DNA from: Octopus vulgaris
Taxonomy: Eukaryota
Length of the DNA: 64,000 nt
Direction: 5' to 3'
Assembly: GCA_951406725.2 (NCBI GenBank)
Contig: OX597823.1
Location: 106,888,001-106,952,000, forward strand
This document shows, in pieces, positions 14,866 through 29,942 of the stretch. Below the pieces are notes generated by a model. The model saw only the letters and a list, made by a program, of their open reading frames with translations, was not told where the DNA came from and made no database searches. Each line of letters starts with the position of its first letter. Position 1 is the stretch's first letter. A program made the translations under genes and the position numbers.

Positions 14866-15231
14866 TGTGTGTGTGAATGTGTGTGTATGTATATGTATGT
14901 ATGCATATATATAAATTCACACGCACACACATATATATAGATGTGTATATATATATATATATATATATACTTACATATATATATATGTATCTACATATAT
15001 AAATACATGCACACACGCTCACGCATGTAACCATGCATGGCATGCATTTGTGAATGTATGAGTGTGAGCGTGTCTGTGTTTGTGTCTGCGTGGAGACACA
15101 GGGAATAAACAAGACAGAGAAGAAGAAGACCATTATTAATTTCCCGTTGTGTCTGTATATTTGTTACAGAAACCTACATTCACATACGCAAAAATGGGTC
15201 TGTACAGGACATGATATATTCATCTACACAT

Positions 15232-15318
<87 letters not shown>

Positions 15319-15572
15319 TATATATATACGCTATATATTTATGTACGAATGTAAATATGTATGTTTAACATATAGATGATCGCATACTTACGCATGTATA
15401 TATGTATATGTTTACACATAAGTGCATATATATATATATCACCGTTTGATATGCGTATGAATATGTATAGTTATTAAGTATGTGTATGCATTAGTTATTT
15501 TTTCATTCAAAATAACTTGAAGATAATTAAAAGTTTATAACCAGGTATGTTGCTGGTTTTAATCTTTTACTT

Positions 15573-15610
<38 letters not shown>

Positions 15611-16089
15611 GTACATACTGACGAACACACACAATCTCTTACACGCACCCTCATTCACACTCACTCGTAAGCACTTCATGATTCTGTTTTCCTAACAGGA
15701 CAACTAACCAGTTGTATTTGTCGTGCTAATGTTGTAGATAATAAATACATTTATGATATATTTATAGTACACAGTTGTACTTGGATTTAACAGCGAGAAA
15801 GTGTGAATTCACTGACGTTATCTGCTCTCGATTCTTATATGAAGAAGTTGCTCTTCCTCAGTGCAGAGGTCCTTATAGCCGAAACAACTGTAAGCTTATG
15901 AAATTGCTTGCATTAACTCTTGTGCTTTTCTATTCTTTTATGTGTGCATGCTTGTATATATGTGTATGTATGTATGTATGTATGTATGTATGTATGTATG
16001 TATGTATGTATGTATGTATCTATCTATCTATCTATCTATCTATCCATCTATCTGCGTGTGTCTCTCCCCTTCTCTATCTATCTATATGT

Positions 16090-16138
<49 letters not shown>

Positions 16139-16358
16139 AGATAAAGAGATAGATAGATACATACATACATGTATGAATGCATGCGTGCATAAACATATAT
16201 ATAAATTATACACACATACACACACGCACACAAACCTATATCTCTGAGTACAGATATAAGCAGGTATTTAGTTTCTGTGTATGTGTGTGTATGTAGTTGT
16301 TCATAAATATACACATAATATCATGTGTACACTTATATGCGCACACATATAAATACAG

Positions 16359-16391
<33 letters not shown>

Positions 16392-17343
16392 CGTTAGTGC
16401 TTATGTATGCACATATAGCTGGTTATACTGGCACAAGTTTCCATCCGTCAGTATGGCAAATGTGCTGCTATGTTATTCTTATAGTTTATCTTCGTCTGTC
16501 TGGATGTGTGTATAACTATATAAAATATATGTGTGAGTGTGTGTATGTATGTGTGTGTTTATGTGTGAATGTGTACGTGTCTATCTGTACGTGTACTTGC
16601 GTATGCGTGTATATGTGTGTATATATGGGTGGGTGGGGTATACATATATTGTCCATTAACTTTGCCGTCTCGACATTTAATTATTAATGATTAAACTTGA
16701 AAGCTCTTCAGACAAAACTACGAATGAAATTACTTTCCAACATTTTACATATATATAATATATACAGACACGCATGTGTGCATATATACATACATACACA
16801 CTCACATCCATAATTATACACACACGTGAAAACAGATACACACACTCATATATTAATTAATTAATTAGCAAAGCACTATAAAGTTCCACATATCTTTTCA
16901 GATAATTTGGAATATAATCTACGGTATATCATTTTTTGATAAACATACAATATTAATCTCGCTGAGAAAATGAACGAAGTAGGTGCACCGTAGGTTATCT
17001 TCTCTCCCTGGTTAGAGAAAAAAATATTAATTCTGTGTAAGGGCATTGTTTACTAATTAAAAAGAGGTTAAAATTTTATGTTTCTAAAAAAATAAGTTAT
17101 ATATTACGTTTCACTTTCATAATCGTAAGAAGAGCGGATTAGTGAAAACTGGAGTAATGATTCGTGAATATTCAATTGCCGGTAGATTACTTAACTCTTT
17201 CAGTATTGGGTACTCTGTAGTCCACCCCGTTGTTGTCATTTAAACTTTTACTCAAGCGCACACGCACACACGCACAAACACACACACATACTCGCAAACA
17301 TTATGTGCGAGTGTATGTATGAGTGTGTGTGTATGCGTTGTGC

Positions 17344-17387
<44 letters not shown>

Positions 17388-17689
17388 ATATCTATATATA
17401 CAGAAAGAGTGAAGTGCGAGAGAAAAGATAGATAGAGTGAAAGTGAAAGTGAAAGAGAGAGAGAGAGAGAGAGAGAGCAGATGATGAAAAGAGGGGAGGG
17501 TACGCAACAATCTAAATAATTCAGATTTGTAAAAAAATTCGGTAAAATGTGAAAATAACTGTAGCAATATACATAAAAGCAGCTTAAGATATATTTATAC
17601 ACACACACACACACGTATACACGAATACACACATGCACACATACACACACACACATACATAGAGAAACGCATACAAATACAAACTTGAT

Positions 17690-17900
17690 ACTGTAACATT
17701 TTAGCTTTCGTGGACCCACGGCTTTTCAACACTTTGCCAAAAAACCTCAAAGATCTACGTCTGCCTGAAATATGCAAAATAGAAATAAATGTGTTCAAAG
17801 AACTTTAGGATGAATGTTTATCTAAGGGACCAGGTGAAGTCAGATCGAGGCAAGAAACACAAAGAGAAGCAATGTCCAACTCGCTACTGCAGCAGAAACA
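17690..17900 (+). mobile_element. Decayed 3' end of a LINE RT ORF (L2/CR1/Jockey-like)
   Basis: With one frameshift reads FSFRGP-RLFNTLPKNLKDL...INVFKEL*DECLSKGPGE, matching the typical C-terminal RLFNxLP...FKxxLDxxL motif. Confidence 0.6.
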
Positions 17901-18422
17901 GTTTCGAAAGCAGGAGGATGAGGGGAAGGAAGAGGGGAGGAGGAGAGTGTGAGAGCCGAGAAGGGAGCTTGAAATAAATACCAGTCACAACTAAAGGTGG
18001 TATCTCAGCATGTAGGAATCAAGTGACGCATCCATCGTGGGACGTATGACTGTAATACATAACAACATTGTGTGTTATTATTTAAAAGTGAATTTGCATT
18101 TGATGAAATTTGTGAAGGTGACTCATTTCCAAGTTTCTCAAATCTTCAACTCAGAGACCCAGACCAAAATGCTCTTCACACTTGCAAGATTCTAATTAGA
18201 CAGTTACTTATTGGCTCGTTTCCCTGCTGTAGTGACGTCACAGGGATTCAGTCCATGTGTTAGACATTGTTCGATTAGTAGCGGTTACTTTTCATATCCT
18301 TTACTTTTGTCTAAGGTCCTTTTTACTCCTTAAACATACACACATACATACATACATATATACATACATACATACATACATACATACATACATACATACA
18401 TACATACATACATACATACATA

Positions 18423-18539
18423 CATGGTGGCTGCCCCCTCGTTATCGAGTATGGCCATTGCACAGACCTTAATCAATGTTGTTATCGTGCAATGCCTGTG
18501 CAAGAAGATTTTTTTTTAAAGTGAAGAAAGGCTGTGCAC

Positions 18540-18541
<2 letters not shown>
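18423..18541 (-). mobile_element. Truncated end fragment of the element at 41044-41603
   Basis: Near-identical to 41044-41158 (ATGGTGGCTGCCCCCTCGTTATCGAG...GGCTGTGCACT); sits inside (CATA)n. Confidence 0.85.
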
Positions 18542-18570
<29 letters not shown>

Positions 18571-19018
18571 CATGCAAACGTGCATGCATGCAGGTATGTA
18601 CGTATTATCTTCGTTCTATTAGTTGCCAGTCTTCACACACATACATACACAATGGGCTTAGGAAAAGCGATACTAATAACCACTTCTTAGAACTCAATGT
18701 ACTTCTGCTTTAGAGTAAAGCGTTATACAGGTACAGAGCTTAGATAGTAATTAATTAATCAATGAATGACACGGGAATAGCGGTCACATGATCGACTTCA
18801 GCCTACCAATGTTTCTACTAGAGGAAGACTTACATTCAGGAATAAAGGACGAATGAAGTATTGGAGTCCCTTTCATCGACTGAATATGAACCAACATGCA
18901 ATGGATCAGCATGGTCCAGTCGATCAAAATTTCAGTCCAACCATGGTGACCCGTTGACAGGTGAAGAAAACGCCGGATTGGACAACATTGTCATCACATC
19001 AATGCTATCTCTTTTTAA

Positions 19019-19225
19019 GGCGGCGAGCTGGCAGAAACGTTAGCACGCCAGGCGAAATGCTTAGCAGTATGTTTTTACATTCTGAGTTCAAATTCCGCCG
19101 AGGTTGACTTTGCCTTTCACCCTTTCAGGGTCGACAAACTAAGTACCAATTGCGTACTGGGGTCGATCTAATTGACTGGCCCCCTCCCTTAAAAATTCAG
19201 GCCTTGTGCCCAGAGTAGAAAAGAA
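19019..19225 (+). mobile_element. SINE family B (GGCGGCGAGCTGGCAG head; GTTCAAATTCC B-box; CCTTTC-GGGGTCGA core), tail type 1
   Basis: Many copies in the window; core resembles the MetaSINE-type central domain (from recall). Confidence 0.85.
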
Positions 19226-19679
19226 TACTTTCTCTCTGTAACACCTTATATTATTAACAACTTGACATACGATGTGAGTGCGCAGGTGCACACACACACA
19301 CACACAGACACACACACACACACACACGCACGCACACACACACACACATGCACACATATATATTCTCAAATACATATCTTATCAAGCACTCATAAGCATT
19401 CGCACACAAAATCTAAAAGTAGACCCAATAAAAAAATGAGAACGTAAAAGAAAAACAAATTTAGGGTGAGGAGGTTTGAGGGAAATTTAACTACCATAAT
19501 TTACTGGGGCACATCACAGCCTCTACTTCTAACTATTCCCCTATTTCAGCGACTCTGAGCCAAAATTAGAAATCATTAGTTTTCAGCCCGGTGTTTTGTA
19601 TCAGCTGCGACAATTATCAAACTAATTTGACATTTTATCTAAACCAGTTACTGTAAAACACACACACAACGATAAAACT

Positions 19680-19860
19680 CTTATGTGGTCAACGAAATTG
19701 CTAAAAATAACAGCTGATTATCTCTCAAATCACACCCTTAAGAAAAGGTCACTTTCGATGATGGAACCCGATGTTCGCTGCAGTCAGGACAAAAAGTATT
19801 GTCACGGTTGAAATGCCTTTGATCACAGACCTACTAAATCAGAACTGACCCGGGGTTAAA
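19680..19860 (+). mobile_element. Older interspersed repeat family C (CTAGAAATAGCAGCCAAATCTCCCTCAAATCACACC...GGGCTAAACAAC-like)
   Basis: Diverged related segments at ~1780-1950(-), 21170-21305, 24360-24540, 27370-27520(-), 31340-31540(-), 32940-33120(-), 56960-57060(-). Confidence 0.65.
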
Positions 19861-20326
19861 AAAAAAAAGACAGTGTAAAAATAACAATTGTTAGGTGTTT
19901 TCATTTTTGATAATATCAATTTTTAAATTCAAAAATTGCTTCTACTTAATCTCCATGTAAATTAGGGGTTAAAATCTACAATTAAAGAATTGCCACATGA
20001 TTTTCGCCCCCTAAGTTACAAGGAGTTATCACGAGAGCACCTTTCAGTTCTGATGTATTAAAACTATACGCAGGCGTCAAATGTTACTCAGTAATACTTT
20101 AATTAAAGCAAAAATCATCATTACCCCCGCAACAACACCAACAATAACAATAACAGCACAAACACTACAACGATAAAAATATATTTCGCCTAACAACAAT
20201 TTCGACGACGACAACAAGTGACAGCAAAATCGCAACAGCTTTCATCCCAACTACCACGGATACTACCACCATCACTATCATCTGCATACCCACCAACATC
20301 ACCATCAACCTTACCACAGCCACTAC

Positions 20327-20733
20327 CTATTTCTTTACTACCCACAAGGGGATAAACACAGAGAGAACAAAAAAAGGACAGACAAACGGATCAAGTCGAT
20401 TATATCGACCCCAGTGCGTAACTGGTACTTAATTTATCGACTCCGAAAGGATGAAAGGCAAATTCGACCTCGGCGGAATTTGAACTCAGAACGTAACGGC
20501 AGACGTAACATCTATTTCTTTACCACCTACAAGGGGCTAAACACAGAGGAGACAAACAAGGGCAGACAAACGGATTAAGTCGATTACATCGACCCCAGTA
20601 CGTAACTGGTACTTAATTTATTAACCACGAAAGGATGAAAGGTAAAGTCGACCTCGGCGGAATTTGAACTCACAACGTAACGACAGACGAAATACGGATA
20701 CACATTTCGCCCGGCGTGCTAACGTTTCTGCCA
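20327..20733 (-). mobile_element. SINE family B with two tandem bodies
   Basis: ~185-bp unit repeated; GCCACTAC occurs at both flanks. Confidence 0.9.
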
Positions 20734-21487
20734 CTACCACCGACAAGAACAAACACAATCAGGAGTCCTACCACCATCATCGGTAGCATCAATAACAACA
20801 ACAATAGCAATCACCTCAGCACCATTAACCGCTACATCCGCTACAACAACAACGACAACAACAACAGCAACAGTAGCAACAGCACAGCCACCATAAGCAC
20901 CAGCACCACTACCACTACAACTACTAAAGCCACCATAGTTGACTCCTTCGCACAACCATCTCCACCATCATCACCATAACACCACCTCCTTCACCACCAT
21001 CACCACCGCTATCACATCGACCGTCGCAAATTATTGCTACCACCATCTCCACCGGCACCCCAATAACAACCACCACAACAACCTCCGCCCCACCACCACC
21101 ACTATTAACAACCATATAAGCACTTGCACATCAACACCACTACCACCATCACAAGTACCAGCGATTCGTGAAGAGAATCCCCTTCATTGAGCTTGAGCTG
21201 CTAGAAATAGCAACCAAATTTCTTTCCGATAACACTACATTTGACAATGTAGTCTTTGACATACCTTTCTCCAGAGTTAGTCAGGTTTTGCCTTGGGCTA
21301 AACAGTAGCAAGAAAAAGCACAGTAATAATAACAAGATTAGCAAAGATTGAAACCAATTATGCTTTTTACCTATAAACTCTCAGTATTATTGCAATTTAA
21401 ATGAAGCTCATATCTTTTTCTAATTTTGTGTTCCTTTTCATTTCTAGATTTCTGCTACTTCACCAGTCAATCTCTCCCTCCCTCTTT

Positions 21488-21533
<46 letters not shown>

Positions 21534-21661
21534 TTTTATAGAATGTTCGGGCCTGAACTGTTTTTGAACTTTTATAAAGCTCATGCAAGGTACCACACTA
21601 GAATATTACTCACCTATATAGGACGGTGCTGCTGCTATGCACTCACACACAAACGCACGCA

Positions 21662-21692
<31 letters not shown>

Positions 21693-22377
21693 GCTCACAC
21701 ACCGTAAACAGCATCTGAAAAGCAAGCCATTTGATTTATGAATAACGACTCATTCACCAATTCACTGTTCACCAATTCACCAATTCCCTGTTCATCTCCC
21801 CCACAACAACAACAACAATCTCTCTTCTTTTAAAATAACTCTCCGCACACTTTCTCTATCCACATCCCACTAACAAACCCATCTCCCCTTCCACTGCCAC
21901 TCCTACTGTGCCTCAACTTCCAGAACCCGCACTAAACACTACTAACCCAGTTCTTCCGTCCCAGACTGCAACACTTTTCAATTCAGTTCCGGCCCACGTA
22001 TTTCCTGCACAGATTGACCTAGAGATGTTCAAGTTGAATATCAACCAAATCGATCTCCTATGTCTAAAGGTCATGCAAAGGTCAAGGACACCGCTCCCCC
22101 TCCTTTCATTATCCTATCTTTCAGAGAAAGAGAGACTTTCTTTTATCTTTAAGAGTTCGTCTTTATTTAGTTTCCATTAATCCATTCTGTCGACGTACGC
22201 GTGGTTCAGATGTTAAGAAGTTCCCTTCGCATGTATGTGGTTTTGGGTTCGTCCCTGCAATGTGATATCTAGGATAAGTGACTTTAGTTTCTACTTCAAT
22301 CTCTGGATGGAAACTGCGAGGAAGATCGTCGTATAGACACACACCTCCCCATATATATATATATATATATATAGATA

Positions 22378-22495
<118 letters not shown>

Positions 22496-22498
22496 CAT

Positions 22499-22605
<107 letters not shown>

Positions 22606-22629
22606 TACACATATATACGTATTCATATT

Positions 22630-22875
22630 CGAAATCAAAGAGAAGGAGGTTAACTATTGATGTCTGCTTCGAAATCTCCAGCTTCTATATCCAGATTATA
22701 ATTCACATTTCAACAATAATGATTTGTGCACTTGGTTTTGTGAGTAAATACCCAAGTGAAAAACTGAAAAAGCCGGGTTTTTCAGAAAAAAAAAAAGAAA
22801 TCTATTCATAAATACAATCCGTGAGAGGAACAGTAAAGAAAATGTGAGATTGTTCTTATGTTTAAAATGTGAATT
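22630..22875 (+). mobile_element. Decayed RLE-type (R4/Dong-like) retrotransposon 3' end
   Basis: Frameshifted [12 protein letters not shown]...IMICALGFV...KPGFSEK...SVRGTVK. Confidence 0.6.
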
Positions 22876-23004
22876 TTTGTTCGCTTCATACATTCTAGCG
22901 ATGGAGTTATGTATCTGGGTTAGAAACCAACTCCTTTCTCACAAATGGATTTCAAATAATTAAAAACCAAAGAATAAGAATATATACATACATACATACA
23001 TACA

Positions 23005-23355
23005 TCGGAAGTATAACCCTGAGGTCAAAGAGATAAGAACCTATAGGATGGTAGAGGCAATAGCGACTCAATATGGAAGTGTAGTGGTGGAATGTCCCAG
23101 TGAAAACCTCCTTAAAATAGAAACATAAGCCAGAGTGTGATTTTGGCCTGAGGACAGAAATTATGTAGAGTAGGTCAGGTTTATACCTTTAAGAATTGGG
23201 ACACTTGGATATGTAACAAATTGCCTAAGCATCAATCATGAGAAATTAGGTTCCTCAAAACCAGAAAAGTGAAGGCTAATTAGAAGATTACAGATTCAAG
23301 TCATTAGTGGAACTGTAAACATTTGTAAAACTTTGCTTAAGTTTAATATTTAAGT
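23005..23355 (+). mobile_element. Second decayed RLE-type 3' end
   Basis: Reads RFIPLRIGTLGYVTNCL...KLG...LIRRLQIQVISGTVNICKTLLKFNI*. Confidence 0.65.
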
Positions 23356-23542
23356 ATATATGCGCATGTCGAGATGGCAAACTATCTACATGAGACTGCA
23401 TACATCAAACAACACATACTCGCAAACATGTACAAATATCTTGTTTTGCTGTTGAAATTTAAATGAATGAGTCTTGGATCCTGGTTAGAAACCGAGTATT
23501 TTTCTATTGGCAAAAGATCTTGAAATAAAATTAAATGATAAT

Positions 23543-23971
23543 ATACATACATACATACACATACATACATACATACATACACATACATACATACATACAC
23601 ATACATACACACACATATACATACATACATACATGCATACATACATACACATACATACATAAATACACACATACATACATACATATATACATACATACAT
23701 ACATACATACATACATACATACATACATACACATACATACATACATACATACATACATACATACATACATACATACATACACATACATACACATACATAC
23801 ATACATACATACATACATACATACATACATACATACATACATACACATACACACATACATACATACATACATACATACACATACATACATACATACATAC
23901 ATACATACATACATACATACATACATACATACATACATACATGCATACATACATACATACATACATACATA
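23543..23971. repeat. (CATA)n array, ~430 bp
   Basis: Visible directly. Confidence 0.97.
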
Positions 23972-25119
23972 CGTCATACTTGTATGCATGCATATAAGCG
24001 ACGGAGAACCATGTGCACACACATACACATAAATATGTGTGTTTGTGATTGCCTGTGTTCTGAAAAAACACCCTGTCTTTATGTCTGTGTTCATGTTGAC
24101 GCCCTATGGGCTAAAGCTCATTAAAATAAAAATGCCAGACTTCAAAATGTGAATATGAAAATTTTAAAAAGCCCCTAAAGTGGTTGCTTCAGCATGGCCT
24201 GTGTCAAAAGAGTGAAATATGTAAAAATATGCATGTTTGATATGTTTTAAATTTACGATTTAGCAATGTCACTGTGGTTGAAATTTATACCTCTCCAGCC
24301 ATAGAACACACAAGTTTAACATCTGCCATACTTAAGTACATTCAGCCAACGAATGAGCCAACACATGCTCATTATACCTGCTACAAACATTATTCAAATA
24401 TCCCTTAAATCACACCTAATTATGATTTAAGATGATGGATTCTTTAGACAATATAGTACATCATACACAATGGCTTTCGGCGGTCAGTGTTCACCATGCA
24501 CTCTGCACAAATATGTTCAACCATGGGCAAGATCTTTTTCTCTTGTTTTTTCTTTTTCTTTGAGAAAAACTGGCAATTACCTCTGCCTTTTCTCAATGCC
24601 ACTTATATTTATTATCCTCGGGAAAAGACACTAACTTAGATCTGTACAGTTTGGTACTAGTGTCGTCGGAACAGATATCGCAAGGCATTTTAGCCGATTC
24701 TATAGCATTTCCGACAGTCCACAGCTCTGAATTGGTAATGTTTATCGAACCCCCAAAGAATAAAAAATATGTTGACCTCCACCATATTTGATCTCAAAGT
24801 GCAGAGAGAATCGAGACAAATACCACGAGACAAATACCACGAGACATTCAATCCAACGCCCTAACGATACACTATAGTTGAAAAGAATAAGATGTGATGG
24901 TCATAGTTGGAACGCGTTTGTCATAGTTTGCTGGACTTGGGACCAAACGATAATGACCACAACATGTAAAATATCATTTTTAAAGTTGACCAAATTATCA
25001 GAGAAAATTACTGGAAAATTCGACACATTCACAGCTTTCGTTTTTTGCAGTTTCTCTCTCCTCTTAATCCATCTCGAACTTCCTCACACATATATATGAA
25101 AGCACACACGCACACACAC

Positions 25120-25183
<64 letters not shown>

Positions 25184-25248
25184 GCGCGCAATTCTTCTTC
25201 ATCTCCTCTTGCTGTATTCGTCTTTCACCTTCCATTCTACTACTACTT

Positions 25249-25297
<49 letters not shown>

Positions 25298-25359
25298 TAC
25301 AACTACTACTGCTGCTACTACTACTACTACCACCACCACCACCACCACCACCACCACTA

Positions 25360-25403
<44 letters not shown>

Positions 25404-26181
25404 TCACCTTTCTTTTATCCCTTTCCTTTGCCTCTTCCACCTCCGCCTTTCCAACTGCCTCTCCCTTCTCTTACAATATTTGACTCACTGCTCAATAATT
25501 GCTCTCTCTCAACCAACTTTAGTACAACTGACTCATTACCACTGTATATTGAGGCCAATATTGTTGATACTAATGATGGCGATGATGGTGATGATGATGA
25601 TGATGATGATGATGACGACGATAACAATGAGGGCGACCACGTCGATGGCGATGACGATGATCATGAAGACGACGATAGCAATGTTGTTGATGGTAATGAT
25701 GATGATGACGACGACGACGTGGGCGATAATGATGACAGCAACCCCTAGGAGTGAGTTAGCTGAATCTTTTGAACATAAAATGACTTAATGTGTTCAGTTA
25801 CCTCCCTTTACATCGTATGGACTTTGATGGACTTTGCCATGGACTTTGCCATTCGTTCTTCCAGAGTTGATAAAATAAAGTTCCATGCAAGTGTTGGAAC
25901 TGATTTAATCGACTATGTCCCTGTACCAGCAAGCAATTGGCTGGCCATGATATAATTGAACTTTTAAATAGTTCCTAAAAATTTCAGTATGCCTTGGCTA
26001 GTTTGATATAAATTCCTCAAATGATTCTTAATAACCGTTGTTCCTGTTGGATTAGCAGAATTAATTCAAAGTTCACCGACAGCACTAGGGATCGGAGAGA
26101 TACGCTACAGGAGCCATTAGTCACTGAGTATGCTGAAGCCTGCAATCGCCCAAGGAAATCAGAAGCTATTACAAGAGAGAA

Positions 26182-26220
<39 letters not shown>

Positions 26221-26302
26221 AAGAAAGAGAGAGAAAAGTCTAAACGGAAGGTTCTAGGGGCATAAAGGAGAGGTTTTTTGCCAACTGTGAAAGAATATAC
26301 TC

Positions 26303-26531
26303 ATTCTTTATTGCCCACAAGTGGCTAAACATAGAGGAGACAAACAAGGACAGAAAAAGGGACTAAATTGATTACATCGACCCCAGTGAGTAACTGGTAC
26401 TTATTTAATTGACCCCGAAAGGATAAAAGGCAAAGTCGACCTCGGCGGAATTTGAACTCAGAACGTAGTAGCAGACGAAATACCGCTAAGCATTTCGCCT
26501 GGCGTGCTAACGATTCTGCCAGCTCGCCGCC
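26303..26531 (-). mobile_element. SINE family B, single body, tail type 2
   Basis: Head GGCGGCGAGCTGGCAGAATCG at 26531; tail TTAGCCACTTGTGGGCAATAAAG. Confidence 0.9.
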
Positions 26532-27522
26532 AAATATAAATTGATTATTTGATTGATCGAATGATTGACTGATTGATTGATAAAACCAAATAGAAAAGTA
26601 TAAACATCATAAAATCTCATTAACCCTATGTAACACGATTTTTGCCCTTGGGTAGCAACTGTTACTTCCTGTTTTCCTACGACTGGAAAGTATGAAAATC
26701 GCTAATATTCCTTTCAAATTTTGCTTTTGTTAAATTAATACAAGCCCCAAAGAATTTCTCTCAACACATGTCTATAATGCTCCTTCACTACTGCTTATGA
26801 TCACAGATGCACATATTGTCAACCACTAAGGGGCATGCTCAAGTGGTTTAGGTCAAGCAAAAGACGAGCAGTTCTGTGGTACTGAGCAGAATATTTGCCA
26901 TAACGATATTTCTGCTTCAACAACTCATCGCTGAATCTCTCTGAAATGTAATGGCAAATAGGTCAGTTTCAGGACATTGATGTCTACGTCACAAAAGCAA
27001 TGTTTGAAGGGAACAGCAGTTATTTTCTTTGATTTCTAGATAAAAACAAATAGGAAATAACACTTACTGACCATAGACAACAAAAAAATTTAATTCGGTC
27101 TCGTTAGTTACAGAATAGTTCATACATTCCTATACACATGGACTCAATGTCTCTTAGAATAACTTATGCCACATCTCATATTCTCTTCCTCATAAAATCT
27201 GGAATATAGTATCTGACCAGGGAACATTTTTTTTTTCTGCTAAAAGCCGCTTAAGTCATGATAAAGATAACATTGTTGTGATCGTAGTGTTTTTCTTGCT
27301 TTGATTCATATTGTTGTTAATCCTGATGGTGCTGGTGATGTTCATAATTATGGAATTTGCTGTAGCTGTTGTTTAACACCAGGTTAACCTGGACCGGATA
27401 GACTTATAATCAGAAGTATTCCAGTTGTGACCATCCAGTCTTTCGACATTATTTAAAGAAGCGGTGTGTGATTTAATAGACATTTAACTGCTACATTTAG
27501 CAGGTCGAGGGACGACGTGGAA

Positions 27523-27687
27523 CAGGCACTGGCAACCCGTTTCGAGAAATGCGCCGCATGTCATATGGCTCATAATCAGCTAAGCCACACTAATTTTTTA
27601 AAAATCTTTATCTTATTTTCCCTGTGATACCATCCAGAGTCCCGCGGGCCGCATGCGGTCTGCGGACTTATAGATTTCCAATGACTG
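27523..27687. mobile_element. Old hAT (Charlie-like) MITE
   Basis: Ends CAGGCACTGGCAAC...TTTCCAATGACTG; subterminal GCGGGCCGCATGCGG; flanking 8-mers ACGTGGAA / ATGTAGAA (6/8 match, TSD-like). Confidence 0.65.
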
Positions 27688-27736
27688 ATGTAGAAAATAC
27701 CTCACTGGCAGCAGCAGCAGCAGCAGCAGCAGTAGC

Positions 27737-27778
<42 letters not shown>

Positions 27779-27835
27779 CTTGGTTATGTTTAGTTACTAC
27801 TACTTGTTGGTTAGGGTGGATAACACTAGTTCATT

Positions 27836-27893
<58 letters not shown>

Positions 27894-28303
27894 TCCCCTG
27901 CTGCGAACATCAGCAACGTCAACTTCAACAGCAAAAATAATTCAATAATATTAAAGCTAGTTACTACGTTAATTAATCACATACAACAAAAACAATTACT
28001 ACTGGTATAGTTGTTGTTGTAGTTGTTGTTGTAGTTGTTGTTGTAGTTGTTGTTGTAGTTGATCTTCTTGTTGTTTCCACTGTTGCTACTGCTACTCTTG
28101 TTGTTGTTGTTGTTTCCATTTATTGGACGGTCTATATCTCCCGTCTCTCCACTAGGAGGTCATTCGGCCAAATTAGTGCTGATTCTTTTAATTCTAAATA
28201 AAGAAATGAAACCAAAAGTGGTCTGGAAATAATATAATGGATTCTTCCTTTTGGAATCATTTTGAAAATATATCAAATTGCATCTCTAAGCTCGCACGCA
28301 CAG

Positions 28304-28351
<48 letters not shown>

Positions 28352-28649
28352 AGGCGCACGCACCTTCTGCACGCGTTAGTACACATCCTTCTTGCCATAC
28401 GCATTCACATGCACAGACACCAACTTGTACAATTACCTACTTATGTCATTAAACATACACAAGAACACGTAGGCACGTACGCACATGGGCACACACATGC
28501 GCGCAGACGCACACACACGGACACGCGTATGCACAGACACACTCATGTATAGACATTAAAATAATTATATCTATAAATGCGCAGACATATTAGCTAAAAT
28601 AAATGCGTGTACATATCGAAATGTATGTATATATGGAAATAAGTATGTC

Positions 28650-28769
<120 letters not shown>

Positions 28770-29051
28770 ATACATATATGTGTGTGTATATATATATACA
28801 CACATACATGTATGTATATATGTATGCATATTTATATATATATATATATGATTTTGTGTGTGTATATATATGTTTGTGTGTGTGTAAGCTTGTATGTATG
28901 TACATGTGTAAGCGTGTATGTATATATGTAGTATAGAAGTAATGCGTAATAATATATATACGTGTACGTTATGTGTATAACTGGGATGTGTGTGTGAGTG
29001 TGTGTGTATTTTTGTACACACTGACATGCAGACGTGCATACACACAGACAC

Positions 29052-29097
<46 letters not shown>

Positions 29098-29427
29098 TAC
29101 TCACACACACGCATACTCACACACACAGCGGCATATCTACACTCATATAATTTGCTATTTATTACCTCTCTGAATCCGATGTTCATGGAAATGTTTTTGT
29201 TTCTGTTGTTATTGCTGCAACTGTTATCATTATTGTTATTGTTGTTGATGTTTAGGTATGTATTGTTGTTGTAGTCACCACCAGCTCCGTTGTTGTTGTT
29301 GTTGTTGTCGTTGTTGTTGCTACTGTTGTTGTTGTTGTTGCCATTTATCTTTCGTATTTCTCGACGTCTTTTTCTTTAATTTCCGCCTGTTCCCAATCGT
29401 CTGCAAGTTGGGGTGGGAGCATGTGTG

Positions 29428-29458
<31 letters not shown>

Positions 29459-29901
29459 GCTGGTGGTGGTGGTGGTGGCGGTGGTGGTGGTGGTGGTGGT
29501 GGTGGTGGTGGTGGTGGTGGTGGTGGTGGTGGTGGTGTTGGAGAAGGGTAGGTAAGTATGTTCAGCAAAGATCTGATTCCGACATCATCACCACCCTCGC
29601 TTCCACTATCAATACCACCACCACCACCACCACCAACCATCACCGCCATCACTACCAACTCCAGCAGAAGCCGTAAAACCAACAGCAGCACCAAAATCAG
29701 CAGCATCAGCAACAACAGCACCAGCAGCACCAGCAGCAACAGCAGTAGCAAGAACATCATCGGATGCAGCAGCAAAACTGATACTCATTATCTGAGTGAG
29801 TTTATTCTTTGTTTGCTCGCATATCGATATATGTCTATATACGTACACAGACATATATATATATCTATATATCTATATATGCCTCTATCTATCTATGTAT
29901 G

Positions 29902-29942
<41 letters not shown>

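Noticed and set aside
15830-15900. Hammerhead-like ATGAAGA...GAAACAACTGTA
   Set aside because: Core C3 is missing and stems I and II do not pair; at best a decayed relic
19019-19100. tRNA-like A/B boxes
   Set aside because: SINE heads; no complete cloverleaf, and they continue into SINE body
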